Position numbers and translations under genes: made by a program. Below are positions 9,524 to 18,589 of a stretch of 64,000 bases of DNA, piece after piece. The notes beneath the pieces are model-generated. The model did no database searches. It worked only from the letters and a program-made list of their open reading frames with translations, and was not told the origin of the DNA. Numbering within the stretch: position 1 is the stretch's first letter; every line of letters starts with the position of its first letter. The stretch lies in sequence record MN871440.1, one strand, 5' to 3'.

Positions 9524-9781
9524 ATGAAAAACGTTCAAATCCAAGCTTATGTTCAAGTAGTTCGTAAAAACATCACCAAAGCTCAAGTTGCCCGTGATCT
9601 GGACGTTTCTCCTCGTACCATCGGTCGCTGGGTAGAACAAGGTCGTGATGCTGTTAAAGCTCAAATCGCCGCTGATCTGGAAGTCAAGTTCGCTGGTATC
9701 AAGCGTGGTACTAAGAAAGTGATGTTCGTTGGCACCAAGCCCAGCACTGTAACCCGTCGTCAAAACAAAAAGGCAGCATAA
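9524..9781 (+). CDS. helix-turn-helix protein
   Basis: TKAQVARDLDVSPRTIGRW. Confidence 0.85.
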   Translation: MKNVQIQAYVQVVRKNITKAQVARDLDVSPRTIGRWVEQGRDAVKAQIAADLEVKFAGIKRGTKKVMFVGTKPSTVTRRQNKKAA

Positions 9782-10011
9782 TGCACGTACAAATATCTTA
9801 TGAAGTATGTTATCAACTGTTACACAAAATGTCCATGATGTCGCGTGAACAGTGGAACGAGTTTGATAACAAACAGCGAATGAAAATGGAATCGCTGAAA
9901 TCCAAGCTGGATATTTTCAAACGAGTATGTTATCTGAGTGCCGATACAAAGAGCACGTTCCCGATTTACATCGATGACATGCCGCTTGTTCTGGAGATTC
10001 TGAAAAAATGA
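9781..10011 (+). CDS. hypothetical protein
   Basis: coupled ORF in early operon. Confidence 0.65.
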   Translation: MHVQISYEVCYQLLHKMSMMSREQWNEFDNKQRMKMESLKSKLDIFKRVCYLSADTKSTFPIYIDDMPLVLEILKK

Positions 10012-10286
10012 TCGTAGATCTAAAATCGGCAGAAGAAATCCGGTACTACATCAATCGAGCATCCGTGTTGGTTGATAATGGCAAAATCGATTGGAACAAT
10101 AGTCGTAATGAATTGTTTCACCTGCGAAATTTTATGCGTGATGAAATCGAACCGTTCATTAAGTTGTGTGAGCTTATCGGTACCACACTGATGAACAAAA
10201 CCGAAAATCGCCTTGACATTGAAGCGCGTTATATTCCGTTCATTGTTCACGCTATGATAAATGTTAAAAATCAAGAGAGGAATTAA
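10008..10286 (+). CDS. hypothetical protein
   Basis: ATGA overlap with previous ORF. Confidence 0.65.
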   Translation: MIVDLKSAEEIRYYINRASVLVDNGKIDWNNSRNELFHLRNFMRDEIEPFIKLCELIGTTLMNKTENRLDIEARYIPFIVHAMINVKNQERN

Positions 10287-10287
10287 G

Positions 10288-10437
10288 ATGTTGAAATCAA
10301 TGACACAAACTCTGGCTATGATGTTGGGTATGCTTGCTGGCATGACTATTGCACAAAACGGATACGAACTCAACTGGATTATTGCTGGCGAGTTGGTTGC
10401 ATCTATGGCATTGTTTTACGTTCATCACAAGCTCTAA
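10288..10437 (+). CDS. small membrane protein (49 aa)
   Basis: GAGAGG RBS; MLKSMTQTLAMMLGMLAG...ALFYVHHKL; below ORF-track cutoff. Confidence 0.6.
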   Translation: MLKSMTQTLAMMLGMLAGMTIAQNGYELNWIIAGELVASMALFYVHHKL

Positions 10438-10446
10438 GTACCATTT

Positions 10447-10704
10447 ATGTTTGGTTATACACTCGGGTATAATGCCGCGAAAAAAGTTAACGAACTGATC
10501 GAAATCATGTTGAATGATCGAGAAAAATGGCGTATTATTGGCAGTGTTGATTCCTCGATTCTCGAAAGTATCGGTCGCAAAATCGACAATCTGGTCTATG
10601 TTGTTGAAACTCTGGAATCATCAGTTGGCGGCACTACGTTGACAATGGACGCTCGTTCGTTCGATGCAATCAAACACCTGGTACAAGCAAGTAAGGATTG
10701 GTAA
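10447..10704 (+). CDS. hypothetical protein
   Basis: fills operon gap. Confidence 0.6.
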   Translation: MFGYTLGYNAAKKVNELIEIMLNDREKWRIIGSVDSSILESIGRKIDNLVYVVETLESSVGGTTLTMDARSFDAIKHLVQASKDW

Positions 10705-10937
10705 TGATTAACTTTACATACGATCAAGCGTACAAACTTCGTTATGACATTAACGAGTCGATGACAAAAAACGATCCTGCCGTCAAATTACTAGCAGTGG
10801 AAACGTTTGCCAAGCTTGACGACTACATCATGATGTGTCAAACTATCTCTCGTGGTAATGGTAATCCCACGTTGTCTGTTCATGATAACTGGGCTCGTTA
10901 CCTAACCGAATTCTATCGAGTGAGGATACAATATTGA
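10704..10937 (+). CDS. hypothetical protein
   Basis: TAATG coupling. Confidence 0.6.
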   Translation: MINFTYDQAYKLRYDINESMTKNDPAVKLLAVETFAKLDDYIMMCQTISRGNGNPTLSVHDNWARYLTEFYRVRIQY

Positions 10938-11977
10938 ACATTTATTTGGTTGGTGGTGCAGTTCGCGACATGGTAATGAATCGTGAACCCAAAGATCGCG
11001 ATTACGTTGTGGTTGGTTCTACTCATGACGAAATGATCGCAAAAGGTTACAAGCAAGTCGGCGCTGATTTCCCAGTTTATCTTGATCATTTGGGTCAGGA
11101 ATATGCGCTGGCACGTACCGAACGTTCTACCGGCAAAGGGTATAACGATTTCGTTACCGACTTTAATCCGAATGTCACACTCGAACAAGATCTGAAACGT
11201 CGCGATTTCACTATGAATGCAATGGCGCTTGGACTTAACGGTGTGGTCGTTGATCCGTACAATGGACAACAAGACATCAAAGATCGTGTGGTGAACGTAG
11301 TAAATCCACAAGCGTTTCATGAAGATCCAGTTCGTGTTCTTCGTGCTTGTCGATTTGCAGCGCGTTATGATTTCCGTCTTTCTACACTCACAATGGAATG
11401 CATTCTTCGATGCATCAAAGACGGACGAATGGAACATCTTACTTCGGAGCGAATCTGGCTTGAATTCGAAAAGTCGTTTGGTTCTAAGTTTGACGATTTC
11501 CTTGCGCATCTGACTTTATCCGGTGCAGTCAAGGCATTGGACATCGGCGGTCGTTTCGTTAATGACGTAAAAATCAATACGTTGTGGATGGATCACGGTC
11601 ACAAAAACAGTTCACCAGTTGAACAATTTGCGGCAATGATCAATCATATGGACATGAAAGCTCGCGATCATTTCTATTCGATTGTGAAGGTTCCATGTGA
11701 ATTCAAAAAGTTTGTTGATATCGTTCGAAATAGCTTGCAAGATAGCGCGTTGAACGTTAGACTGTATACAGCTTTGAACTCAACTCGGAATAAGTTCCGC
11801 GAAGAGATCAAGAACTACTTTGTTGATGAAAATGAAGTCAGCAAAGAAAAGTTCGAAGCTGCCGAAAAAGCATTTGATAGCGTGAGTGCTATCAATTACT
11901 ATCTCAAAGGTAAAGAACTCGGTAACGCGATGATGTGTGACCGAATCAACAAAATCGCAGACGTATTGGTGAAGTGA
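10934..11977 (+). CDS. cca: tRNA nucleotidyltransferase (CCA-adding / poly(A) polymerase family)
   Basis: YLVGGAVRD, DRDYVV, EYALARTER, DLKRRDFTMNAMA, EDPVRVLRACRFAAR, ERIWLE. Confidence 0.93.
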   Translation: MNIYLVGGAVRDMVMNREPKDRDYVVVGSTHDEMIAKGYKQVGADFPVYLDHLGQEYALARTERSTGKGYNDFVTDFNPNVTLEQDLKRRDFTMNAMALGLNGVVVDPYNGQQDIKDRVVNVVNPQAFHEDPVRVLRACRFAARYDFRLSTLTMECILRCIKDGRMEHLTSERIWLEFEKSFGSKFDDFLAHLTLSGAVKALDIGGRFVNDVKINTLWMDHGHKNSSPVEQFAAMINHMDMKARDHFYSIVKVPCEFKKFVDIVRNSLQDSALNVRLYTALNSTRNKFREEIKNYFVDENEVSKEKFEAAEKAFDSVSAINYYLKGKELGNAMMCDRINKIADVLVK

Positions 11978-12287
11978 TGAAAAAATTTATTGAGTATCAT
12001 CAAGCACAGGCGAATCTGTGCGAGTGAAAGACGGGTTTTCTTGTGCTGCATTCTTCGGCACTTGGTTCTGGGCTGATTATAACAAGATGTGGAATTATGC
12101 TGGCGTATACGCTCTAGCACTGTTGATTTGCTCCGGTGTTGCTGCTGGTCCAATCATCAGCACTGAACAACTTATCATAAAGTTGATTTCTACAGTTGCA
12201 ATTCTGTCTCTGAATGTGTACTATGGAATTCAATTCAACAAGTGGCATGGCGAAAAGCTCGAATCAATGGGTTTCGTCAAAAAATAA
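11977..12287 (+). pseudogene. DUF2628-like membrane protein with apparent 1-nt deletion near 12001
   Basis: MKKFIEYH from ATG 11977 stops at 12027; other frame reads STGESVRVKDGFSCAAFFGTWFW. Confidence 0.6.
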
Positions 12288-12308
12288 ATCAAGTGTGAGA
12301 ATAACATA

Positions 12309-13364
12309 ATGTTTTATTTGATTCTGATCGTACCACTGCTTATACCATTCGTATACAAGTTCTGGTTTAAGCGTGAGTATACCTATGGTGAAATGGCGGC
12401 AAACGCTGCCATTGCTGTGGCATTGACTGGCATGGTGTACGGACTTGGTGCTTATCGTGCGATGTACGATACCGAGATCCTGAGTGGTTACGTGACGTCC
12501 AAACAACAAACTTATGTTAGTTGCTCACATAGCTATGAATGTCGGTGTCGTCAAGTTCGTTCTTGTTCTGGTTCCGGTAAGTCTCGTTCTTGCTCAACTA
12601 CCAGAGAGTGTGATACATGCTATGAACATTCGAACGACTGGGACTGGGATGTAAAAACGACCGTTGGTAACTTCGAAATTGATCGTATTGATCGTCGTGG
12701 TACTCTTGAGCCTCCGCGCTTCACCAAAGTTCAAATTGGTGATCCCGCTGCTGCTGAACACGGTTATACCAACTACATCAAAGCAGCACCAGATTCTCTG
12801 TTTGCTCATGATCCGAAGCTGATTGAGAAATACAAGAACGAGATTCCGAAATACCCGGAAGTCTATGATTACTATAATATAAATCGAGTTCTGAACTTTA
12901 CAGGTGCGGATACTAAAGATTGGAACATGTATCTCGAAACCGTGTTGAAATCTCTTGGTAAAGAGAAACAGATCAACATTATTGTGGTAATGACCAAAAA
13001 TCCGATTGACTTTGCTGATGCACTGGTTTACAATTGGTCAGGTGGTAAGAAAAACGATGTTGTCATGATTTATGGCGTCGATGGTAACAAAGTAACTTGG
13101 TTTCAAAGCACTAGCTTAGGCAATGGCATGGGAAATCAGGAACTTCATGTAACTTTGCGAAATGAATCGATTGATAAAGAAATAACGCTTGACTTGCTGA
13201 AAAAACAAGTTAATATTATCGCCAACAAGTATAACAGATTGCCTATGGAACAGTTTGAATATCTGAAAGATCAAAGCGAGCCGCCTATGTGGGTTGTGAT
13301 TCTTGCTCTGGTCATTGGTATCGGGTCGTCTGTTGCTGTTGGTTACTTTTTCACGAAAAACTGA
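12309..13364 (+). CDS. membrane protein with Cys-rich segment and TPM-like domain
   Basis: two N-terminal and one C-terminal hydrophobic helices; SCSHSYECRC..CDTC; NWSGGKKNDVV. Confidence 0.8.
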   Translation: MFYLILIVPLLIPFVYKFWFKREYTYGEMAANAAIAVALTGMVYGLGAYRAMYDTEILSGYVTSKQQTYVSCSHSYECRCRQVRSCSGSGKSRSCSTTRECDTCYEHSNDWDWDVKTTVGNFEIDRIDRRGTLEPPRFTKVQIGDPAAAEHGYTNYIKAAPDSLFAHDPKLIEKYKNEIPKYPEVYDYYNINRVLNFTGADTKDWNMYLETVLKSLGKEKQINIIVVMTKNPIDFADALVYNWSGGKKNDVVMIYGVDGNKVTWFQSTSLGNGMGNQELHVTLRNESIDKEITLDLLKKQVNIIANKYNRLPMEQFEYLKDQSEPPMWVVILALVIGIGSSVAVGYFFTKN

Positions 13365-13425
13365 TATGATCGACAAAATTGGTTGGTTTATAGTTCTACT
13401 CACAATGTTTATAAAGGAAATGAAA

Positions 13426-13989
13426 ATGAATAAAACTCTGTTGGCTGTTGTTGTTCTGATTCTGGGTCTGGTTGTTGTTCCGGTTGCCGGGTTCATTGGC
13501 ATGTATGTCAGTACCTCAAACACTAACACTCGATTCGAATCGAACATCGAGAAGTTCCACAAAGCAAGTCAGAACACTTTGAGCGCGTACACTCTGAAAA
13601 TTCGTGACATGGCTCAAATCCCGGAAGTGTATACCGCTGACTTGAAAAAAGTGATCGACTCTACTTTCCAAGGTCGATACGGTAAAGAAGGTTCCAAAGC
13701 TGTTACTCAGTTCATGACCGAAAATAATCTGCCGTTTGATTCTAGCATGTATAAGAGCCTGCAAGTTGCGATGGAAGCTGGTCGTAATGAGTTCAAGCTG
13801 AGTCAAGACAAAAAGCTGGACGTCTGTGCTGGTTATGAAAACCAACGTAACTTTGTGATGTCTGGTTTCTTCTCTAACATGGCTGGTTTCCCGAAGAAAG
13901 ACGTCGATACTCTGTGTAAGATTGTTCTTGACAAAGAGACCAACGAAGCTTTCGAATCCGGCGAAGCTAAGACTATCAAGCTGCGCTAA
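13426..13989 (+). CDS. LemA-like membrane-anchored coiled-coil protein
   Basis: N-terminal TM; LQVAMEAGRNEFKLSQDKKLD; AAGGA RBS. Confidence 0.7.
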   Translation: MNKTLLAVVVLILGLVVVPVAGFIGMYVSTSNTNTRFESNIEKFHKASQNTLSAYTLKIRDMAQIPEVYTADLKKVIDSTFQGRYGKEGSKAVTQFMTENNLPFDSSMYKSLQVAMEAGRNEFKLSQDKKLDVCAGYENQRNFVMSGFFSNMAGFPKKDVDTLCKIVLDKETNEAFESGEAKTIKLR

Positions 13990-13995
13990 TATAAG

Positions 13996-14019
13996 AGTCC
14001 ACCTTCGGGTGGACTTTTT
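13996..14019 (+). terminator. Rho-independent terminator with cUUCGg loop
   Basis: AGTCCACC-TTCG-GGTGGACTTTTT. Confidence 0.9.
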
Positions 14020-14040
14020 GCTTCTTTTTGAAAAAAGAGC

Positions 14041-14104
14041 TTGCAACGAAATATGGTTCTGTTAATATAGCTCTATCGAAACGAAACGCGCTGAGGAAAA
14101 CATC
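14041..14104 (+). promoter_or_regulatory. early promoter/leader cassette, diverged copy
   Basis: TTGCAACGAAAT..CTGTTAATATAGCT..ATCGAAACG..CTGAGGAA resembles the 44161 cassette. Confidence 0.7.
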
Positions 14105-14320
14105 ATGAACGACTTTATGATCAAAATCGGTTACACTCTGTTCGACAGCATCGAGCAATATACCAATTATCTGTTGACAAATCGTTATGATGAATACGAG
14201 ATTTATGCTCCAGAAGATTTCCCAATGTATTTGAAACTGGCTAATGTTGTGTATTGTGATGTTGGTGGTCAAGGTGCGCTGGCAGTATTCTCTTCCGTCA
14301 AAATGGAGCTGGTAAAATGA
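14105..14320 (+). CDS. hypothetical early protein
   Basis: GAGGA RBS. Confidence 0.7.
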   Translation: MNDFMIKIGYTLFDSIEQYTNYLLTNRYDEYEIYAPEDFPMYLKLANVVYCDVGGQGALAVFSSVKMELVK

Positions 14321-14724
14321 AACGGTATCAAGCACTTACATTACTTCTTGGGTTTGGTGTTCTGTCTTTTACGTGTGGTCAGATCTACAATGAATATCAG
14401 ACTTACTCAGAAAAATGGCACCAAGAAGACTTACAAGAAGAACAAAAAGCTGCCGAGTTAGTATTCGAGTCATTCGAGAAGCATTTCGAAACCAAACAAG
14501 AGTTTGCTATCGAAGAGATTGAAATGGCAGATAGTAGCGTCATTAAAACAATCAAGATGGTGAATTCCGAGATTCTTCGAAACAGCGAGCAAAACATAAA
14601 GTTAGATTGTTGGCATCTAAATCGAGTTGTGCAAATGCGTGGCTTAGTGTATGACTCAAATCGAGAAGTTTCTGTTGTTGCGTCTAACATCTGCAATGGT
14701 TTTGGAGTTAAAGTTTATGAATAG
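14317..14724 (+). CDS. hypothetical membrane-anchored protein
   Basis: N-terminal hydrophobic helix. Confidence 0.65.
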   Translation: MKRYQALTLLLGFGVLSFTCGQIYNEYQTYSEKWHQEDLQEEQKAAELVFESFEKHFETKQEFAIEEIEMADSSVIKTIKMVNSEILRNSEQNIKLDCWHLNRVVQMRGLVYDSNREVSVVASNICNGFGVKVYE

Positions 14725-15085
14725 TCAAGCCGCTGCGGTTAGATGTGTTGTTATCTCTGCCATTATAGTTGTTGTTGGTGTTCTGTTGTTTCAAATGGAC
14801 AAGCAGATGGACAAAGTATTTCTGACAGAACTGATCAAACTAGAAGGTGATGTTATTCGAAACAGAGACGCTTTCAATCATGCCGACGAACAAATCACTT
14901 ATCAAGAGCAACAAGACATTTATGATAGAAACACGATGGCTTTGTCCGAAGCTCGCGGTCAATACCGTGTTTATCTGAGAAATGCCTGTTATAAATTGTC
15001 ATTGCGGGATAGCGTTGCATTTAAGATGAAACGAGATATGGAACTGTATGATTACTGTAAAGACATGGTAGAAGTAATAAAATGA
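14717..15085 (+). CDS. hypothetical membrane-anchored protein
   Basis: N-terminal hydrophobic helix; GGAG RBS. Confidence 0.65.
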   Translation: MNSQAAAVRCVVISAIIVVVGVLLFQMDKQMDKVFLTELIKLEGDVIRNRDAFNHADEQITYQEQQDIYDRNTMALSEARGQYRVYLRNACYKLSLRDSVAFKMKRDMELYDYCKDMVEVIK

Positions 15086-15345
15086 ACGATCTAACACGCG
15101 GTATTCTGTTAGTAATCTTTGCTTTCTTGTCAAGTGCGGTTGTGTCTGCGCTGATGCTAAGAACCGACGTTGAAAGTCTGATGAATCGGATTGAAATCAG
15201 TATTCTGCAAGACAACAAGACAAAACCGTGTGAGCTTCATAGTCGAACTGGATTGGTAGCAATCTACTTGATTTCAAATCCGTTTCGAGATTATACTAAG
15301 TTCAACGAGGCAAACGCCGTTTGTAAGAAAATGAGGTGGAAATAA
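15082..15345 (+). CDS. hypothetical membrane-anchored protein
   Basis: N-terminal hydrophobic helix. Confidence 0.6.
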   Translation: MNDLTRGILLVIFAFLSSAVVSALMLRTDVESLMNRIEISILQDNKTKPCELHSRTGLVAIYLISNPFRDYTKFNEANAVCKKMRWK

Positions 15346-15539
15346 TGGGACTGAGATATGGGTTACTGTATTACGTTGTTGGTCACCCGTGCCACGTTCT
15401 AATCAACGGCTATAGCTATCTGGCCGTTATACAGCGCGATTTGGGGGATAGCATCGAGGTGAAGACTCGACTTGGTGTTAGCATTGTGCCTAAGTCAAAC
15501 ACGTTCGCATCTAGCTATTACTGGCTGGAAGTGAAATAA
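15345..15539 (+). CDS. hypothetical small beta-rich protein
   Basis: GAGG RBS, coupled. Confidence 0.55.
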   Translation: MGLRYGLLYYVVGHPCHVLINGYSYLAVIQRDLGDSIEVKTRLGVSIVPKSNTFASSYYWLEVK

Positions 15540-15763
15540 TGTTTGAAGAAAACGAAATTGTTCTTGCACTTTATGACGGTGTGATGTATCTTGGTAAGTA
15601 TGTGAAGCAGTGTGGTGAAAGCCACATTGTTAAACTGGAGTCACGAAACTTGACTACCACTATCTTGCGGAATAATATCTGGGATACCTGTTGTTTCAAT
15701 CTGCCAGATAGTTTTAGAAAAGATGCGATAAATCTCTTGATGAATGTCGCAAGTCGTGTATAA
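15539..15763 (+). CDS. hypothetical Tudor/SH3-like protein
   Basis: EIVLALYDGVMYLGK..HIVKL. Confidence 0.55.
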   Translation: MFEENEIVLALYDGVMYLGKYVKQCGESHIVKLESRNLTTTILRNNIWDTCCFNLPDSFRKDAINLLMNVASRV

Positions 15764-15822
15764 TGTGTTTATAGAGTTAAGCCACCGCTCTGAGTGTGGC
15801 ATTACCAAAGGAGTTTTGGGAA

Positions 15823-16878
15823 ATGAACAAAGTATTTGATAAAGCAGTAGTCAACGGTAGATTCCAAATTAATCACGTTGGCCATCTGGAAATGATTCGC
15901 GTTGCAATGAGCGTTGCACAAAAGGTATACATTATCTTGGGTTCTGCGAATGCATATCCGAACATGAAAAACCCGTTCCGTCCGGCTGAACGTGAAGCAA
16001 TGCTTCGTGTTGGCATGAAGGATTACGGACTGAATCCGAATCAAGTTTACTTCCGTTATGTTGACGATAGCAACTATACCAATGAGCGTTGGCAAGCTGA
16101 TATTCGCGACGCCGTGGATGAACAACTCGGTGACAAGATTACCATGGTTGGTAACAAGAAAGACAAAAACAGTTGGTGGCTTGAGACTTTCGGCTGGGAA
16201 CTGACTGAAATTGAATGTCAGATGCATAACGGGAAACCGATCAGTGCTACTTTCATTCGTGATTCTTTCTTTGAACCAGAGTTTGATTTTAGCGAATTGC
16301 ATAGCGAGATTATTACTCCGGGTGTTATTGATTGGCTGAAAGGCTACAAGGTCAAGAAAGTCGAAGAATATGATCGTCTCGCCAAAGAGCACCAGCACAA
16401 CAAGAAAGAACTCAAGAAAATGGAAGCATATCCATATCGTCAGTCTCTGAACTGTTCAACTGGTGACGCCGTGGTGACTTGTAATGGTCATTTGCTGGTG
16501 ACTATTCGTGGCAATCTCCCCGGTCTTGGTGCGTATGCTCTGCCGGGCGGTCACAAAGACGAAGACGAGACTTACAAAGAGTGTGCGATTCGTGAACTCC
16601 GCGAAGAAGTTCGTTTGAAAGTGCCCGAGCCAGTGATTCGTGGATCTGTTCGCAAAGAAAAGATTTTTGATTATCCGGGTCGTAGTTATCCGATTTGCAA
16701 GCCGACTTTGGCACTGTATATCGAATTGCAACCAGACAACAATGGCAAACTGCCTAAAGTTAGTCCTCGCGATGAAATTCGCGATGTGTTCTGGATGCCG
16801 ATGCACATGGTTCGCCGCAATCGTCATAACTTCTTTGACGATCATTATGAAATAATTTCCTACTTTACTGGGATCTAA
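15823..16878 (+). CDS. bifunctional NMN adenylyltransferase / Nudix ADP-ribose pyrophosphatase (NadM-Nudix, NatV-like)
   Basis: GRFQINHVGH, ILGSAN, NPFRPAER, ISATFIR; Nudix box GGHKDEDETYKECAIRELREE; FFDDHYEII. Confidence 0.93.
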   Translation: MNKVFDKAVVNGRFQINHVGHLEMIRVAMSVAQKVYIILGSANAYPNMKNPFRPAEREAMLRVGMKDYGLNPNQVYFRYVDDSNYTNERWQADIRDAVDEQLGDKITMVGNKKDKNSWWLETFGWELTEIECQMHNGKPISATFIRDSFFEPEFDFSELHSEIITPGVIDWLKGYKVKKVEEYDRLAKEHQHNKKELKKMEAYPYRQSLNCSTGDAVVTCNGHLLVTIRGNLPGLGAYALPGGHKDEDETYKECAIRELREEVRLKVPEPVIRGSVRKEKIFDYPGRSYPICKPTLALYIELQPDNNGKLPKVSPRDEIRDVFWMPMHMVRRNRHNFFDDHYEIISYFTGI

Positions 16879-16883
16879 TCGTT

Positions 16884-16907
16884 AACCCCACTTCGGTGGG
16901 GTTTTTT
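16884..16907 (+). terminator. Rho-independent terminator with cUUCGg loop
   Basis: AACCCCAC-TTCG-GTGGGGTTTTTT. Confidence 0.9.
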
Positions 16908-16918
16908 ATAGAGGTTTT

Positions 16919-17071
16919 ATGACAAGATTAATCACTTGTGTTGCAGCAAACGGTGGATGTTTCGCTGCTCTACATTATTTCGGAAAATATGGACTTTTAT
17001 TGGCCGTAGCGTTGACAATGTTTTTAGTCGGTGCTATATTGTTCGTACCAAAACTAATGAGTAAATCGTGA
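16919..17071 (+). CDS. small membrane protein (50 aa)
   Basis: GAGG RBS; hydrophobic; below track cutoff. Confidence 0.55.
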   Translation: MTRLITCVAANGGCFAALHYFGKYGLLLAVALTMFLVGAILFVPKLMSKS

Positions 17072-17487
17072 TGTCTGTATCTAAAATGTTTGAAGTTATC
17101 GGTATTGGTGGTGCTGCTGGTTTCGTTATTGGCGCTGGTATGTTGATCTGTACCGGTTTTTATGATGATGTCGATGTTTCTATGCCAATCGATGGCTGTT
17201 ATCAGCGAATGACTGGATCAAAACATAGCGTTTATCAGGAAAATCTGTGTCAATTCACAGACCCGCGCACAAACGAGAAAGTTGAAATCAACTATCACCC
17301 GCTGGCTTACAGAACAATGGATCAGTATCCAGTTGGTAAGAAATTCATTGTCACTACCGAGTCAATGGATAAAAAGAGCTTGTCGAAAAAGGGTGCGATT
17401 TCTATGATGGGTGGTATTGCTCTCATGATTATCGGCTTGATCGGCTCGATTGCTTGTCAATCATCAAGAGAAGATCAACGATGGTAA
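17071..17487 (+). CDS. two-TM membrane protein
   Basis: hydrophobic helices at both ends. Confidence 0.7.
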   Translation: MSVSKMFEVIGIGGAAGFVIGAGMLICTGFYDDVDVSMPIDGCYQRMTGSKHSVYQENLCQFTDPRTNEKVEINYHPLAYRTMDQYPVGKKFIVTTESMDKKSLSKKGAISMMGGIALMIIGLIGSIACQSSREDQRW

Positions 17488-17690
17488 CAAGCAAGCACCG
17501 ACTGATTCGGAACGTCAACGGCGTGATGAAGAATTCCTTGATTGAAGATATGGTATTCACTAAGATGCCATATCTTAAAGAAAATGCGGCACTTATCGAG
17601 TTCTACTATCAGAACAGAAAGATAAGAAAAGTCGTTTATGGCAACGAACAAGATTTCGTGAGGAAATGTAATGATAGACAAAGTGTATGA
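17481..17690 (+). CDS. hypothetical protein
   Basis: coupled ORF. Confidence 0.55.
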   Translation: MVTSKHRLIRNVNGVMKNSLIEDMVFTKMPYLKENAALIEFYYQNRKIRKVVYGNEQDFVRKCNDRQSV

Positions 17691-18024
17691 CGGACAACAG
17701 ATCCGATTCATCAGCGAAGATCACAAAAAGCAGTATTTCGAAAATCTGGGACTAGCGAGTGGAACAAGCGCGTACCGCAAGATCCACAACGTAATGAATC
17801 AGTCTGTTATTCATGTTGATTCTGTGATTGAGGGTTGCGTTGACAAGCTGAATGGTGTTACAATGACGTATAATCCGATTCTTCAATCCGATTACGTTTA
17901 TTTTGAGGAAGCAGAGCAATCCACTTTGAATAAACTTCTTGACAAGATCAAGAAAGCATATCAAACTGGTATGGAATCTGAGATCATGGAACTCACACTT
18001 AATGAGATTTTGAAACATGACTAA
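17671..18024 (+). CDS. Frd2-like hypothetical protein
   Basis: GQQIRFISE..KKQYF..YVYFEE; weak member of local paralog array. Confidence 0.6.
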   Translation: MIDKVYDGQQIRFISEDHKKQYFENLGLASGTSAYRKIHNVMNQSVIHVDSVIEGCVDKLNGVTMTYNPILQSDYVYFEEAEQSTLNKLLDKIKKAYQTGMESEIMELTLNEILKHD

Positions 18025-18544
18025 TACAATACCTAAAGAGATTTATCAAATGCGCGAAGGTCGTTACTACAAATTTAAGTCAGAACGTGATATGGAATCT
18101 TATGCGACTCGGCATGGTTCTAATCGGAAATTTGCCAAGTTTATTGGAACAGAACCGTTTGAAGTAACACAGATCGACGGCGATGGTCGAGCACAGACGA
18201 TTAAAACCAGTGAAGGTCATATCGTAAACGGCATGACTATAGATGCCGGTGGCATGGTAGTCGTTAGTTGTCCAGAGTTTCAATTCTTCGTTGAGTGTGA
18301 AAAGCCGGAACAAAAGCCAGTTGTAGAAGTAAATCCAATAGATCCTATCATCGGTCTTTCTCTTAAAGATGCAATGGCGATCTATAAGCTGATGTATCCA
18401 CAATCGAATCCGAGAAACGCAACGGTCGAAAAGCTGATTGCTGCTGTTGAAAAATATAACGGTGATTTGGCTTACATCGAAGAAAAGATGGAAAAGCTAG
18501 AAAAACGTCGTTCTGCGATGAAAAGTGTATTGACACTAGCCTGA
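18017..18544 (+). CDS. Frd2-like protein with C-terminal coiled coil
   Basis: EGRYYKFKSE..SNRKFAKFIGTEPFEV..EFQFFVE. Confidence 0.7.
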   Translation: MTNTIPKEIYQMREGRYYKFKSERDMESYATRHGSNRKFAKFIGTEPFEVTQIDGDGRAQTIKTSEGHIVNGMTIDAGGMVVVSCPEFQFFVECEKPEQKPVVEVNPIDPIIGLSLKDAMAIYKLMYPQSNPRNATVEKLIAAVEKYNGDLAYIEEKMEKLEKRRSAMKSVLTLA

Positions 18545-18589
18545 TATAAAGCGATAATCGTCTTACACAAACAAACGAGGAAATGCAAA

